A DNA stretch of 64,000 bases, from positions 21,618 to 85,617 of the forward strand of contig JADZEY010000020.1 of assembly GCA_020850315.1 (NCBI GenBank), in the 5' to 3' direction. This document shows, one piece after another, positions 10,081 through 19,577 of this stretch. Numbering within the stretch: position 1 is the stretch's first letter; every line of letters starts with the position of its first letter. The notes below the pieces were generated by a model, which worked only from the letters and a program-made list of their open reading frames with translations, was not told the origin of the DNA and did not search any database. Source of the DNA: Armatimonadota bacterium. GTDB taxonomy: Bacteria > Bacteroidota > Ignavibacteria > OLB7. A program made the translations under genes and the position numbers.

Positions 10081-12309
10081 ATGTTTGTCGGACGCGAAGA
10101 CGAAATCCATCGAATCCATCAATGCCTTGCCGCAACTGCTCAATCCACTGGTGGCGGGGCCGGAAACCCAGCATCAATCATTGCCATGTACGGGCTGTTC
10201 GGTGCCGGAAAAACCACACTGCTGCGGCGGGTTCGGCGAATTGTTGAAAACGAACGGCTGGCCGATGCCATGTTGGTGATTAACGAAGACGTTACCACCA
10301 CCTCGCTGCCGGAGTTCGTCTATCACCTTGCCACCGGTTTCATTTCGCTTGACCCAGCCATTCCCCGGTTTTTTATTGACGAGACCGATGCCCGCCGCCG
10401 CCGCTACTTGCAAATTATGGGGCGGTTGGGGGCCGACACCATGCCGCTGCTGACCAAACTCCGTACCGAGCTTCACCAGCAATCAAGCCACCCAACCCCG
10501 GAAGGAAAAGCGATTGAGAGTGAGTTGCTGATGCTGGAACACGCCGTGAAAAACCAGTTCAACAACCCCGACGACCAGCGGCTGACGTTGGACACCGGAA
10601 ACGTCCTTGCCGAGTCGTTCATTGTGGATTTGATGAACACCATGTTTCCGCTGACCGACCAGATTGAATCGCTTGAGGCATATCTGCACACCGGGCAAAC
10701 CCCCAAACGGATTGTGGTGGTGATTGATACTTTCGAGAAAATCACCCCACTGCTGAACCCCTGGCTTCTGGAATCCTTGCTGCCATATCTGTACGAAAAA
10801 CGCTTTGGCGATTTCCATTCCTACCGCACGCCATACCTTCCTGCGGGGACGTTCGTGCGGGAGTTCTTCGACGTTCGGTTTGTGATTGCCGGGCGCGAAC
10901 GGTTGTCGCTGACGGATCTTGAACGTCGCTGGGATCGGTATCGCGAGGCGTTGATGGAAATCCCAATCGGGCCGTTCAGCCGCGATGAGCTTGCCGAATT
11001 TTTGCGGATCAGCGGGTTCAATCCAGAAGAGGTATCCGACCGCGTGATGGAGCTGACGCAAGGGCTTCCTTACTTGGTGACGCTCTGGAGCGATGCTGCA
11101 CGCGCCAGCAGCGAGGGGGCCGAGCAATCGTTTGTGAACGCGCTGGCCGAGCAACGGATTTTTTGGTACAAAACCGACCAGCAACGGGAATGGATCCGCG
11201 CCGCCGCCTTCCTTGATTGGTTCGATGCCGATGCCTTGCGCTGTTTCCCAGCCGTTGGCCCCGATGCCGAGCGGGCGTTTGAGTATCTGCGCAACTCTAG
11301 CGAGGTTTCCCGGCCCAGCCAAACAACGGCGGGGAAGTACGAACTGCACGGGATCATCCGCGACGCGCTGCGCCAAGCCACATTCCAGCAAAGCAGCGAG
11401 CGGGGCCAGGCGTTTCTTGAATCGGCCACGGCCTTCCAGAACGCTTGGGGGGTGCTGGCACGGTTCGATTTTGTGGAGCGTGATCTGCTTCGCCGTCTTG
11501 CATTTTTTGCGTGGTTCGATGCCGAGGCAATCCGCCGCTACTGTGGTGGCCAGGCGCACCGGGTCAACGCCATGATTGCTGCCGCCCCCGACCTTTTTTT
11601 GCCAACCAACGGAACTGGCCATCGCCTTGCCCCCGATGCGGCCCAAGTGCTGGAACGCTACAATCGCCGCGCCGAAGCCGACACCTACCAGCAACGGCTG
11701 CAAGAAGTGGAAACGCTGTGGCAAGCGCGGAAGCAGGAACTGGAATCGCAGCTGCACGAACGCCGCCAACGCCTTGCCAGCATCCAAGAAGAACTCCGGT
11801 TCAAGAACGCCGAACGGAAGATGAAAGCGGAGCTGCACCACTCAACACGGGGGACGATGGGGGTGTTGGAGTCTGATCTGCAAACCGCCCGCAAACGCCG
11901 CCGCCAGGGCCTGACCGACCGCGAAGCGGTGATTGCACGCACCAGTTTTTTCTTCATGGTGCTCTGTTTTCTGGTCTTCTTGTTCGTCCGCTCAATCTCG
12001 TTCGATCCCGTCACCCAGCAGCTTATCCGGACCGCCGCGCTGGTGCTGACGTTGCTGTTCGTCTTTGTGTTCGCGCTGATGCTGGGGCGCATCCTGTACC
12101 TGCGAAGCCGCAAAAAGGAGCTTCGGGATCTGCGGGAAGATGAGCTGTCAACCGAAGAACGATTGGCCAGCAAGCGGTACGAGCTTCACACGCTTGGCGC
12201 GGAAGCCGAGGTGGCCGAACGCTCCATTGCCGCGCTGAATGATGAAGCCGCGCTGATCCGCAGCCAAATTGAACAGCTGGAAAAAAGCATAGCGGCCCCC
12301 TACGTCTAA
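10081..12309 (+). CDS. STAND-like P-loop NTPase with a C-terminal coiled-coil and transmembrane hairpin
   Basis: The N-terminus has FVGREDEIHRIHQCL followed by Walker A GLFGAGKTTLL, then Walker B RIVVVIDTFEK, helical repeats, coiled-coil segments and two hydrophobic helices (FFFMVLCFLVFLFV and AALVLTLLFVFVFALMLG). Confidence 0.6.
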   Translation: MFVGREDEIHRIHQCLAATAQSTGGGAGNPASIIAMYGLFGAGKTTLLRRVRRIVENERLADAMLVINEDVTTTSLPEFVYHLATGFISLDPAIPRFFIDETDARRRRYLQIMGRLGADTMPLLTKLRTELHQQSSHPTPEGKAIESELLMLEHAVKNQFNNPDDQRLTLDTGNVLAESFIVDLMNTMFPLTDQIESLEAYLHTGQTPKRIVVVIDTFEKITPLLNPWLLESLLPYLYEKRFGDFHSYRTPYLPAGTFVREFFDVRFVIAGRERLSLTDLERRWDRYREALMEIPIGPFSRDELAEFLRISGFNPEEVSDRVMELTQGLPYLVTLWSDAARASSEGAEQSFVNALAEQRIFWYKTDQQREWIRAAAFLDWFDADALRCFPAVGPDAERAFEYLRNSSEVSRPSQTTAGKYELHGIIRDALRQATFQQSSERGQAFLESATAFQNAWGVLARFDFVERDLLRRLAFFAWFDAEAIRRYCGGQAHRVNAMIAAAPDLFLPTNGTGHRLAPDAAQVLERYNRRAEADTYQQRLQEVETLWQARKQELESQLHERRQRLASIQEELRFKNAERKMKAELHHSTRGTMGVLESDLQTARKRRRQGLTDREAVIARTSFFFMVLCFLVFLFVRSISFDPVTQQLIRTAALVLTLLFVFVFALMLGRILYLRSRKKELRDLREDELSTEERLASKRYELHTLGAEAEVAERSIAALNDEAALIRSQIEQLEKSIAAPYV

Positions 12310-12440
12310 CGGTGCGGCACGCTCACATCCTGCCAACGTTCCTCACTGCATCCTAACCGGTGCTTCGCCGTAGCCGCCGGCGGTCGTATCTTCAAAACCA
12401 ATTCATCAAACCTTCAGGGTAGAAAGATAGAGGTGATGCC

Positions 12441-13793
12441 ATGAAACAACTCCATGTGCTGCTGTTGCTCCTTCTGTCGGTTGTTGGCGTTGTTGGGGTG
12501 GGTGCCCCAGCGGCGGCGCAGCAGAAAGTTTTTGTTGTTGAGATTACCGGCGAAGTGGATATGGGGCTTCCCCCCTACGTCCGCCGTGTTATCAGCGACG
12601 CCACCCAGCAGAAAGCTGCGGCAATCGTCTTCCATATCAACACGTTCGGCGGGCGGGTGGATGCCGCCACCGAAATAAAAGATGCCATCCTGAACTCCAC
12701 CATCCCCACCCTTGCGTTTATTGATAAACGCGCTATCTCCGCCGGGGCCTTGATTGCCCTATCCTGCCAAAAAATTACGATGACCCCGGGCGGTGCAATC
12801 GGGGCGGCAACGCCGGTGTATCAATCGGGGGAGAAGGCATCGGAGAAAGTGGTGAGTTACATGCGGGGCGAAATGCGTGCCACCGCCGAACGCCACAAAC
12901 GGAACCCAGACATTGCCGCAGCAATGGTTGATGAAAACTTCACCCTGGCCGACACTTCGCTGAAAAAAGCTGGCCAGCTGCTGACGCTCACCACCGAGGA
13001 AGCCATGAAGGTTGGATACTGCGATTTCGAGACGGAAAGTCTAGACTCCGTCCTTGCCAATTTTGGATACGCCAACATCGAATACCAACGCCCGCAGCAG
13101 ACTTGGAGCGAGCAGTTGGTGAAGTTCCTGACAAACCCAATCGTGAGTTCGCTGCTGATTATGATCGGCCTTGCCGGAATTTTTTACGGCGTGAAAACCG
13201 GGCATTTGGGGATGGTTGCTGGCGTGGGTGTTGCTGCAATCGCACTCTTCTTTGGGGCGCAGTATCTGGTGGACCTTGCCAGCGCGATTGAGGTGCTGAT
13301 GTTTATCGCGGGGGTGGTGCTGTTGGCCGTGGAAATTTTTGTGATACCTGGCTTTGGGGTCACAGGGATCATGGGGATTCTGCTGATGATCGGCAGCTTG
13401 TTTCTGGCACTCATCGGCAGGTTTGATCTTGTCTCCTACGATTCGCTCACCGTTCCACTGTACACGTTGGCGGCATCACTGGTTGGGCTGGGGGTTCTTG
13501 TTGCGCTGATGATAAAATATCTTCCGCAGTCCAGCGCGTTCAACAAGTTTGTGCTGCAAACCACGCAAAGCTCGGCGGAAGGCTACGTCAGTGGCCCCGA
13601 TTATTCGGGACTGCTGGGCGCAACTGGCCAAGCCATGACCACGCTTCGCCCCGCCGGAACCGCACTGTTCAACAGCAATCGGTTCGATGTGATTACCGAA
13701 GGGGATTACATCAGTGCTGGCGAGGCGGTGGCGGTGGTGCGGGTGGAGGGGCGCAAAATTATCGTCCGGCGGACAGCCGGGGGAACGACCTGA
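12441..13793 (+). CDS. NfeD-family membrane-bound ClpP-class serine protease (long form)
   Basis: Signal peptide, a ClpP-like domain (VFVVEITGEVD...IVFHINTFGGRVDAATEI...AISAGALIAL), four or five TM helices and a C-terminal OB-fold (...VITEGDYISAGEAVAVVRVEGRKIIV). Confidence 0.8.
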   Translation: MKQLHVLLLLLLSVVGVVGVGAPAAAQQKVFVVEITGEVDMGLPPYVRRVISDATQQKAAAIVFHINTFGGRVDAATEIKDAILNSTIPTLAFIDKRAISAGALIALSCQKITMTPGGAIGAATPVYQSGEKASEKVVSYMRGEMRATAERHKRNPDIAAAMVDENFTLADTSLKKAGQLLTLTTEEAMKVGYCDFETESLDSVLANFGYANIEYQRPQQTWSEQLVKFLTNPIVSSLLIMIGLAGIFYGVKTGHLGMVAGVGVAAIALFFGAQYLVDLASAIEVLMFIAGVVLLAVEIFVIPGFGVTGIMGILLMIGSLFLALIGRFDLVSYDSLTVPLYTLAASLVGLGVLVALMIKYLPQSSAFNKFVLQTTQSSAEGYVSGPDYSGLLGATGQAMTTLRPAGTALFNSNRFDVITEGDYISAGEAVAVVRVEGRKIIVRRTAGGTT

Positions 13794-13822
13794 AGGTTCT
13801 CACACGTTCAACCCAGTAGAGA

Positions 13823-15631
13823 ATGCCGAACAACTCCATCTGCTCCGAACACCATTGGCTTGCTGCAATCCAGCAAGCCTTTCTTTCTTCCCCCCAGTTG
13901 TTGCTTGGCGGAATCAAACGGCGTGTGGGATTCTTCCGGCTGCATTCCCTTGCTCTTCTTCTTCCGGTGGCCGCAGCTGCACAAACCGACGCGCCCCCGC
14001 CAGTATCCCCGATAGCATCTCCGACAGCATCCCCGGCAACCTTGCCCGACACGATTCGCCCCTTCATTCTGCGTGCTGTGGTGATTGACCGCCGGAACGT
14101 GTTCGACACCAGTGGGCGGGACTTTCCGCTGGTGACCGGCTTGCTGAACTCACTCCATGTTGTCACGAAGGAGCAGGTGATTCGGCACGAGGTCTATCTG
14201 CGCCCGGGCGACACCGTCACCCAGAAAAAGGTGGATGAGATTGAGCGGAATTTGCGTGCCATCGGCATCTTCCAGAACGTCATCTTGCAACCGGTGCTGG
14301 CCGATAGCGCGGCCCCCACCGCAACCTCCACCAAGAGCCTTCCATACGGCGATCTTTCCATCATCACTCGTGATGGCTGGTCCACGCAGCTTGGGTTCAG
14401 CGCAAGCACCGGCGGGAACGCGCAGCAGTACTCACTTTCCCTGAACGAGGTCAATCTGGCGGGGCTTTCGTACCAGGCCAGCGTTGGCGGTGATTACTCA
14501 TCGGTGAACGACCGCGGTTGGGGAATCAACGGGACGCTGGCGGACCCGAATATCTTTGGAAGCCATATCCAAGCCAGCGGGAAGTTCAGCCTTTCCAAGC
14601 TGGATAACGTGGGCGTTCTTTCGGTTGGCCGCCCCTACTTCTCCGACTACAGCCCGTGGGGATTCGGGACCTCCATTTCCTACCTTGACGGGATCAACTA
14701 CTTGTACAGCCACAGCCCGACGGTGCGTGCCACTGGCATTCCGATTCGCACGCTGGACGCTGGCGGGTGGTACGGCGGATCGCGCGGGGGGGATCGGGAC
14801 CTGTTCCGTTGGGCCATCTCACTTGCCTACGACCGCACGCTTCGCGACTCGCTTCAGGAGCTTCGCCCGGCGTTCGAGAACAGCGTACGCGCTTTTGCTG
14901 GAATCGCCTCACTGCGTCGCCAATTTGTTCGGATGGATGATGTGCAGTATCACGGCCAGGTGCTGGCTCCGGTTGGCGCAATGGGGGGGGCGTACATCGG
15001 AAAAATCTCACCGCACAATGGCGGGCTGGATAACATCTTGTATGTGGGGGGTGAGGTGCGGCAGGCTGGCGGAAACCGGCACGTTTATGGTTTTGCCGCG
15101 TTGCAGGCGGGAACCGGATTTGTGCAGAAGGAGACCCGATTCACCCTGCAACGGGCGGTAGCCAGCGGTGTGTGGTGTGTTGGGCCGGGGGCGTTCACCG
15201 GGCGATTTGAGCAAAGCACGGTCTGGCGTTGGCCCCGCTACATCGCTACCACGCTGGATAACCTCAGCGGGCTGCGTGGCTACCAAGTGTATGGGCTTGT
15301 GGGGGATAATCGTTTGCTGTTCAATCTGGAGTACAGCGTGCTTCCCGATTGGCAGTTTCTGTTCTTCAAGATTGGTGCTGCGGCGTTCTTCGATATCGGC
15401 GCAATCTGGAATCAGTCGGAAAAATTATCCAGCACCCGTTTCCACTCTAGCGCAGGGCTTGGCGTGCGGATCACGAACTTGCGTGTTGCGTTGGGGCGTG
15501 GGGTGATTCGGATTGACTTTCCCTACAACTTCGACCACAAGAAGTTCACGCAAGTGGTGTTCAGCACCGAAACCCCGTTCGATGCCTTCGGCGTTCTTGA
15601 CACCCCCGCGCCCGGGGCATTTTTGCCGTGA
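13823..15631 (+). CDS. Omp85/BamA-family outer-membrane protein (POTRA plus surface-antigen beta-barrel)
   Basis: POTRA-like segment (VTKEQVIRHEVYLRPGDTVTQKKVDEIERNLRAIGIFQNV) followed by a beta-barrel with C-terminal aromatic residues. The true start is probably the TTG near 13898, which gives a signal peptide LGGIKRRVGFFRLHSLALLLPVAAAAQ. Confidence 0.7.
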   Translation: MPNNSICSEHHWLAAIQQAFLSSPQLLLGGIKRRVGFFRLHSLALLLPVAAAAQTDAPPPVSPIASPTASPATLPDTIRPFILRAVVIDRRNVFDTSGRDFPLVTGLLNSLHVVTKEQVIRHEVYLRPGDTVTQKKVDEIERNLRAIGIFQNVILQPVLADSAAPTATSTKSLPYGDLSIITRDGWSTQLGFSASTGGNAQQYSLSLNEVNLAGLSYQASVGGDYSSVNDRGWGINGTLADPNIFGSHIQASGKFSLSKLDNVGVLSVGRPYFSDYSPWGFGTSISYLDGINYLYSHSPTVRATGIPIRTLDAGGWYGGSRGGDRDLFRWAISLAYDRTLRDSLQELRPAFENSVRAFAGIASLRRQFVRMDDVQYHGQVLAPVGAMGGAYIGKISPHNGGLDNILYVGGEVRQAGGNRHVYGFAALQAGTGFVQKETRFTLQRAVASGVWCVGPGAFTGRFEQSTVWRWPRYIATTLDNLSGLRGYQVYGLVGDNRLLFNLEYSVLPDWQFLFFKIGAAAFFDIGAIWNQSEKLSSTRFHSSAGLGVRITNLRVALGRGVIRIDFPYNFDHKKFTQVVFSTETPFDAFGVLDTPAPGAFLP

Positions 15632-15732
15632 AGGTTTGGGGGAGAACTCCATTGATGCTTCGGCAAGCTCAGCATGAACGGGGGCAAGCTCAGCATGAGC
15701 AGGGTGGTGAGGTAGCAGTTATTGAGCAAAAA

Positions 15733-15764
15733 CAACGGCCCGCCATCTCACTGGCGGGCCGTTC
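15733..15764. terminator. Bidirectional stem-loop terminator between the omp85 gene (+) and the ompA-family gene (-)
   Basis: aacggcccgcca-tctcac-tggcgggccgtt. Confidence 0.55.
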
Positions 15765-15792
15765 TGATTTGCGTTGGCTAAAAGGCTTTTGC

Positions 15793-17751
15793 TTACCGCC
15801 GTGGCACAATCTCAATCACTACCGTGCGGTTGTAGAAACGTTGCTCGGCAAGGTTGTTATTGAACGGTGCGCGGCGTTCGTCCTCGCCAAAGCCGTAGGT
15901 GTCGAACGTCACGGTTTTGCCTTGCCGCTGAAGCTCTTCGGTCAAGATTTTCTGTGCTGTTTCGGCGCGGCCTTGCGATAGCTTGTCGTTGTACTCCGGC
16001 GTTCCGGTGATGTCGGTGTGGCCGTGGATAATCACTGTCGCGCCGTCGGGTACTGCTGGGGCAACCGTGCTCACAAGGAAGTCCTTGTAGGTCTCCATCG
16101 TTTTCGATTGATCGAACTCGAACAAGATGGAGTAGCGCGTTGCCACTTCCTCCTCGTCGGGATCCACCACCAACCGGAACTCCTTCGGCTGCGGCGTGAT
16201 TGTCTCACCGTTTTTTGTGGAGATCGTCACTTTCGCGGTGTAGCGACCTTCGGTGGCCCCTGCCAGCAACTCTTTTGGGTCAATCCGAATCTGGTCGCCA
16301 GTCCCCTGATACTTCTTGGTGGTGCCGTTGCGGTCGGTGATCTCGGCAGTCCACATGGCAACGTCGCCAGTGGAAGCAACCCGCAGAATCACTTCCTGCG
16401 CTGGATCCTTCTCAACCGCGTTGATGAACACTGGCTTGTTCATGTCGTCGGGCGAACCGTTCAACTCCACACGGTAGTTTTCTGCATCCACCAAGGTCTT
16501 ATCCTCGCCCTGTGTGGATCCGCTTCCGCTGCGGGCGGTTGGCATTGCGCGCCCTTCGGTGGCGATTCGTGCGGGGTCAATGCTGAAGGTGGAGGTCAGA
16601 TAGTTCTTCACGTTCTCGGCCATCTGCTTTCCGGCATTGGCATCGCCGTTGGCAGAACCAACCAGCTTGACAGAAGATGATGGATTGCGGCGCAGACGGT
16701 CGCCATAGACGTTCAGCACGTTGTAGTACACCTCCATTTGGCGGCGCGAGCGTGTTACCAACGGATCGTTCCCGCCGGTTTCGATTCCCGGCTTAATCAG
16801 TTGTTCTTCGCGGAAGTTTCCGGCATCGGCACTGGAAAGGCGTTTGTAGCGTGAGGGGACATCGGTGGAGCCAGCGTCGAAGAAGACGTAGTTCCGCATC
16901 GGGAAGGTCTCGTTGATACGGCGGCTTCCGGGGATGACGCTTGGCGCGCTCACCACAAAATCGGCTTCTCCCGGTTTCAGTTCATCAATCGGTGTTGGCG
17001 GAACACTGCTGAATTTCAGCGCGATTCCGGCGCGAACGGTGTTCTCTTTGAAATCGGTTAGGTCGTTGTCGGCAGCGTCAATAAAATTTTGGAAGCCGAG
17101 GCGGAACTGAGCGAATGGTGTCACCACAATTTGGGTTCCGGGGCCGGGGCCTTGTAGCGGGATGTCGTATCCCAACCCAAGCTGCGCGCCAATCAGGAAG
17201 CTGCGGATGTTTGCGATCTCCTGCGACGAACTCAGCGTGGTATCGGGGGTGCTGAATTTCACTGTTTGCTCCGATCCCTTCGCCACGTTGATCCCGAAGC
17301 TGGGGCCAACAATGGCATGGAAAAAGCGATTGCCAAGATTCACCCGCAGTGCTGGTTCGATGGAGATGTAGGCTGGGCTAAGGCTTACGTCCTGTGTGAA
17401 GGAGCGGAGTGTGGTGTCGGGAAGCAGCCACGCGGTTCCGGTTGCTTGGTCGAAATCCACAGCACGGTTGTCGTAGCCAATTCCCAAGTTGAAGCCAAGA
17501 AGCGAGCCGGGGTTATACTCCAACAGCCCCCCCAATGCCAAACCCAATCCCGAACCGCTGTTCAGCCGCTGAACCCCATCAAACCCCACAAGCCCATCGC
17601 CCCCCACCATGTTGAGGTTTGCCCCGGCGAACAATCCGTACCACCAGTTTCCCCAACGTTGGTCGGGGCTGGTTTCCTGTGCGTTGGCGGTTGCTGCCGT
17701 TGCGATCGCTGCCAGCAGAATAACCGCCTGATAAATCTTGAGATGCTTCAT
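15793..17751 (-). CDS. Outer-membrane protein with a C-terminal OmpA-like peptidoglycan-binding domain
   Basis: Start at MKHLKIYQAVILLAAIATAATANAQ (ATG complement at 17749-17751). The C-terminus ...IHGHTDITGTPEYNDKLSQGRAETAQKIL...RRAPFNNNLAEQRFYNRTVVIEIV is a canonical OmpA domain. The upstream 175 codons of ORF 15793..18276 are non-coding. Confidence 0.8.
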   Translation of the reverse strand: MKHLKIYQAVILLAAIATAATANAQETSPDQRWGNWWYGLFAGANLNMVGGDGLVGFDGVQRLNSGSGLGLALGGLLEYNPGSLLGFNLGIGYDNRAVDFDQATGTAWLLPDTTLRSFTQDVSLSPAYISIEPALRVNLGNRFFHAIVGPSFGINVAKGSEQTVKFSTPDTTLSSSQEIANIRSFLIGAQLGLGYDIPLQGPGPGTQIVVTPFAQFRLGFQNFIDAADNDLTDFKENTVRAGIALKFSSVPPTPIDELKPGEADFVVSAPSVIPGSRRINETFPMRNYVFFDAGSTDVPSRYKRLSSADAGNFREEQLIKPGIETGGNDPLVTRSRRQMEVYYNVLNVYGDRLRRNPSSSVKLVGSANGDANAGKQMAENVKNYLTSTFSIDPARIATEGRAMPTARSGSGSTQGEDKTLVDAENYRVELNGSPDDMNKPVFINAVEKDPAQEVILRVASTGDVAMWTAEITDRNGTTKKYQGTGDQIRIDPKELLAGATEGRYTAKVTISTKNGETITPQPKEFRLVVDPDEEEVATRYSILFEFDQSKTMETYKDFLVSTVAPAVPDGATVIIHGHTDITGTPEYNDKLSQGRAETAQKILTEELQRQGKTVTFDTYGFGEDERRAPFNNNLAEQRFYNRTVVIEIVPRR

Positions 17752-18077
17752 CCCATTTCTCCTGTGTTCATGAATGAATTGATGCCCGGGTCGGCATGGC
17801 GTATCCGGACACCCTTGCAGTAGGGAACAAGAACCAAGTATGCTCCTGAAGCTGATACGATAAAAACCTTGCAGAAGTATAACCCTAACGCCCGATTGAA
17901 CACAAGGGGAATGTCGTGCAAAGTGTAAGAGTTTTAGGATAACCTTGGCCGTAGCATTGGTGAGGGGGAAGGTCAAAAAATAGCCGGGGGTATCTGAGAA
18001 CGTTAGATCTGCTGGAGGTGTTTGGCCAATTACTTGGAGTGCCAAAGTAACCGCAAGCCGCATCGCTGGTCGGAAAA

Positions 18078-18115
18078 AACGCATCCCCACCGATACACGG
18101 CGCATCAGTGGGGAT
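18078..18115 (-). terminator. Rho-independent terminator for the di-haem gene on the minus strand
   Basis: Reverse complement reads ccatccccac-tgatgcgccgtgtatcg-gtggggatg followed by TTTTTT. Confidence 0.5.
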
Positions 18116-18179
18116 GGAAATAGAGCATCACACAGGGGTAGGGATATGATTACTTCATATCCGGCACATGCGCCCTGCC

Positions 18180-19562
18180 TTACAACGACTCCAAAAACAC
18201 AATCAGCGCGTCGCGATCGGCGCGGGGTAGTTGTTGAACGTAGTTGCGTGCTGCTTCGGCTTCGCCGCCGTGCCACAGGATTGCTTCCATCAGATCGCGG
18301 GCGCGGCCATCATGCAGGAAGAACGTGTGGCCGCTTACGATGCGGGTCAGCCCGATTCCCCACAATGGCGGGGTTCGCCACTCGCGTCCGTCGGCAAGAT
18401 AGTCGGGGCGATTGTCGGCAAGCCCTTCCCCCATATCGTGAAGCAGCAGGTCGGTGTAGGGATGGATGATTTGGTTGGAAAGATAAGGTGCATCGGGTGC
18501 AACCCCGGTGTGTAAAGTTTCAATGTGGCAGCTGTTGCAGTTGGCCGCACGGAACACAACTTCGCCACGCTGAACCTTGGGGTCATTCAGCACGCGGCGT
18601 GCCGGAACGGCAAGGGTTGCGGTGTAGTGGGCGGCGGCTTTCAATGTTTGCAAGTCAACCTCAGGATCATTACTGCTGGTGTCGCATTGGGGTTGGCCGT
18701 GGCAGGTTTCCAGCGTGAACATTGTGCTGGTGATCCCCATATCGTTGTTGTAGGCTGCGGCGGCCTGCTGCAGAAGGCTTGGCGTGTTGGCTTTCCAGCC
18801 AAACCTCCCAATCGTGGTGTTGTTTGCTTGTGCATCCCAAACGTAGTTGGCGCGCCCGCTGATTCCATCACCGTTCTGATCGCTTGGATCGGCATTGGCA
18901 AGCAATGCTGATTCCGGAATCGCCTCCAACAGACCCAAGCCAAACACTGGCGGGGCAACACGTGGGGAAAGCATCATTCCAGCGGGGATGGGGCGGTAGG
19001 AAGAGGCCACAACATAGCGCGGTTCACGTAGTGTGTAGGGCAGCCCATCGGCAAACGTTCCTTGCCGATCAATGTAGGTGACGCTCACTTTCCCTTCGGC
19101 TGGGATTCCGAACACGCCGCGATCCTGCAACTGCCCACCGAACCCCGGAACAGGATTTGGTCCCCCCTGATTGTCGGCACCGGGAATGCTGATGCGGAAG
19201 AGCATCGAGCTGAAATTTTCGCCGGCGAACGGTGGACGGCCGCGCCCATCGCGGGCATGGCAGCTGATGCAGGAAGTGTTGTTATAGACCGGCCCCAAGC
19301 CAGCATTGACGCTGGCCGGGGCCGTGACGAATGTTGCTTCGAACGCGGCATCCCCTTCAACATGGAGGTTAAACGCATCTCCATCAAGGTTGGGCGCGGG
19401 GAAGGAGAAGGCCGCGCTGGAGGCGTTAATGATGGTTGTTTGGCCACCGGAACGTGCGTCGGTAGTTGTTGGCGGGGTTGGCTCGGTTGTGGAATCGTTG
19501 CCACATCCGGCAACCAGTACCAAGCCCAGCAGAGCAGTTGTAGAATAGCGAGAAAGTGCCAT
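18180..19562 (-). CDS. Di-haem cytochrome c peroxidase-like lipoprotein (DUF1111 / thiol oxidoreductase family)
   Basis: Lipoprotein signal ...LVLVAGC. Two CxxCH haem-binding motifs (CISCHA, CNSCHI). It sits directly downstream of an imelysin gene, which is the known imelysin/peroxidase pairing. Confidence 0.75.
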   Translation of the reverse strand: MALSRYSTTALLGLVLVAGCGNDSTTEPTPPTTTDARSGGQTTIINASSAAFSFPAPNLDGDAFNLHVEGDAAFEATFVTAPASVNAGLGPVYNNTSCISCHARDGRGRPPFAGENFSSMLFRISIPGADNQGGPNPVPGFGGQLQDRGVFGIPAEGKVSVTYIDRQGTFADGLPYTLREPRYVVASSYRPIPAGMMLSPRVAPPVFGLGLLEAIPESALLANADPSDQNGDGISGRANYVWDAQANNTTIGRFGWKANTPSLLQQAAAAYNNDMGITSTMFTLETCHGQPQCDTSSNDPEVDLQTLKAAAHYTATLAVPARRVLNDPKVQRGEVVFRAANCNSCHIETLHTGVAPDAPYLSNQIIHPYTDLLLHDMGEGLADNRPDYLADGREWRTPPLWGIGLTRIVSGHTFFLHDGRARDLMEAILWHGGEAEAARNYVQQLPRADRDALIVFLESL

Positions 19563-19577
19563 GGCTACTCGTGGAAA

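Noticed and set aside
10483-11841. 452-aa minus-strand ORF inside the STAND NTPase gene
   Set aside because: Antisense to a well-supported gene. Its composition is typical of GC-rich antisense frames (R/G/P/L/H rich) and it has no motifs.
16018-16680. 220-aa plus-strand ORF inside the ompA-family gene
   Set aside because: Antisense artefact. The minus-strand product has an OmpA domain.
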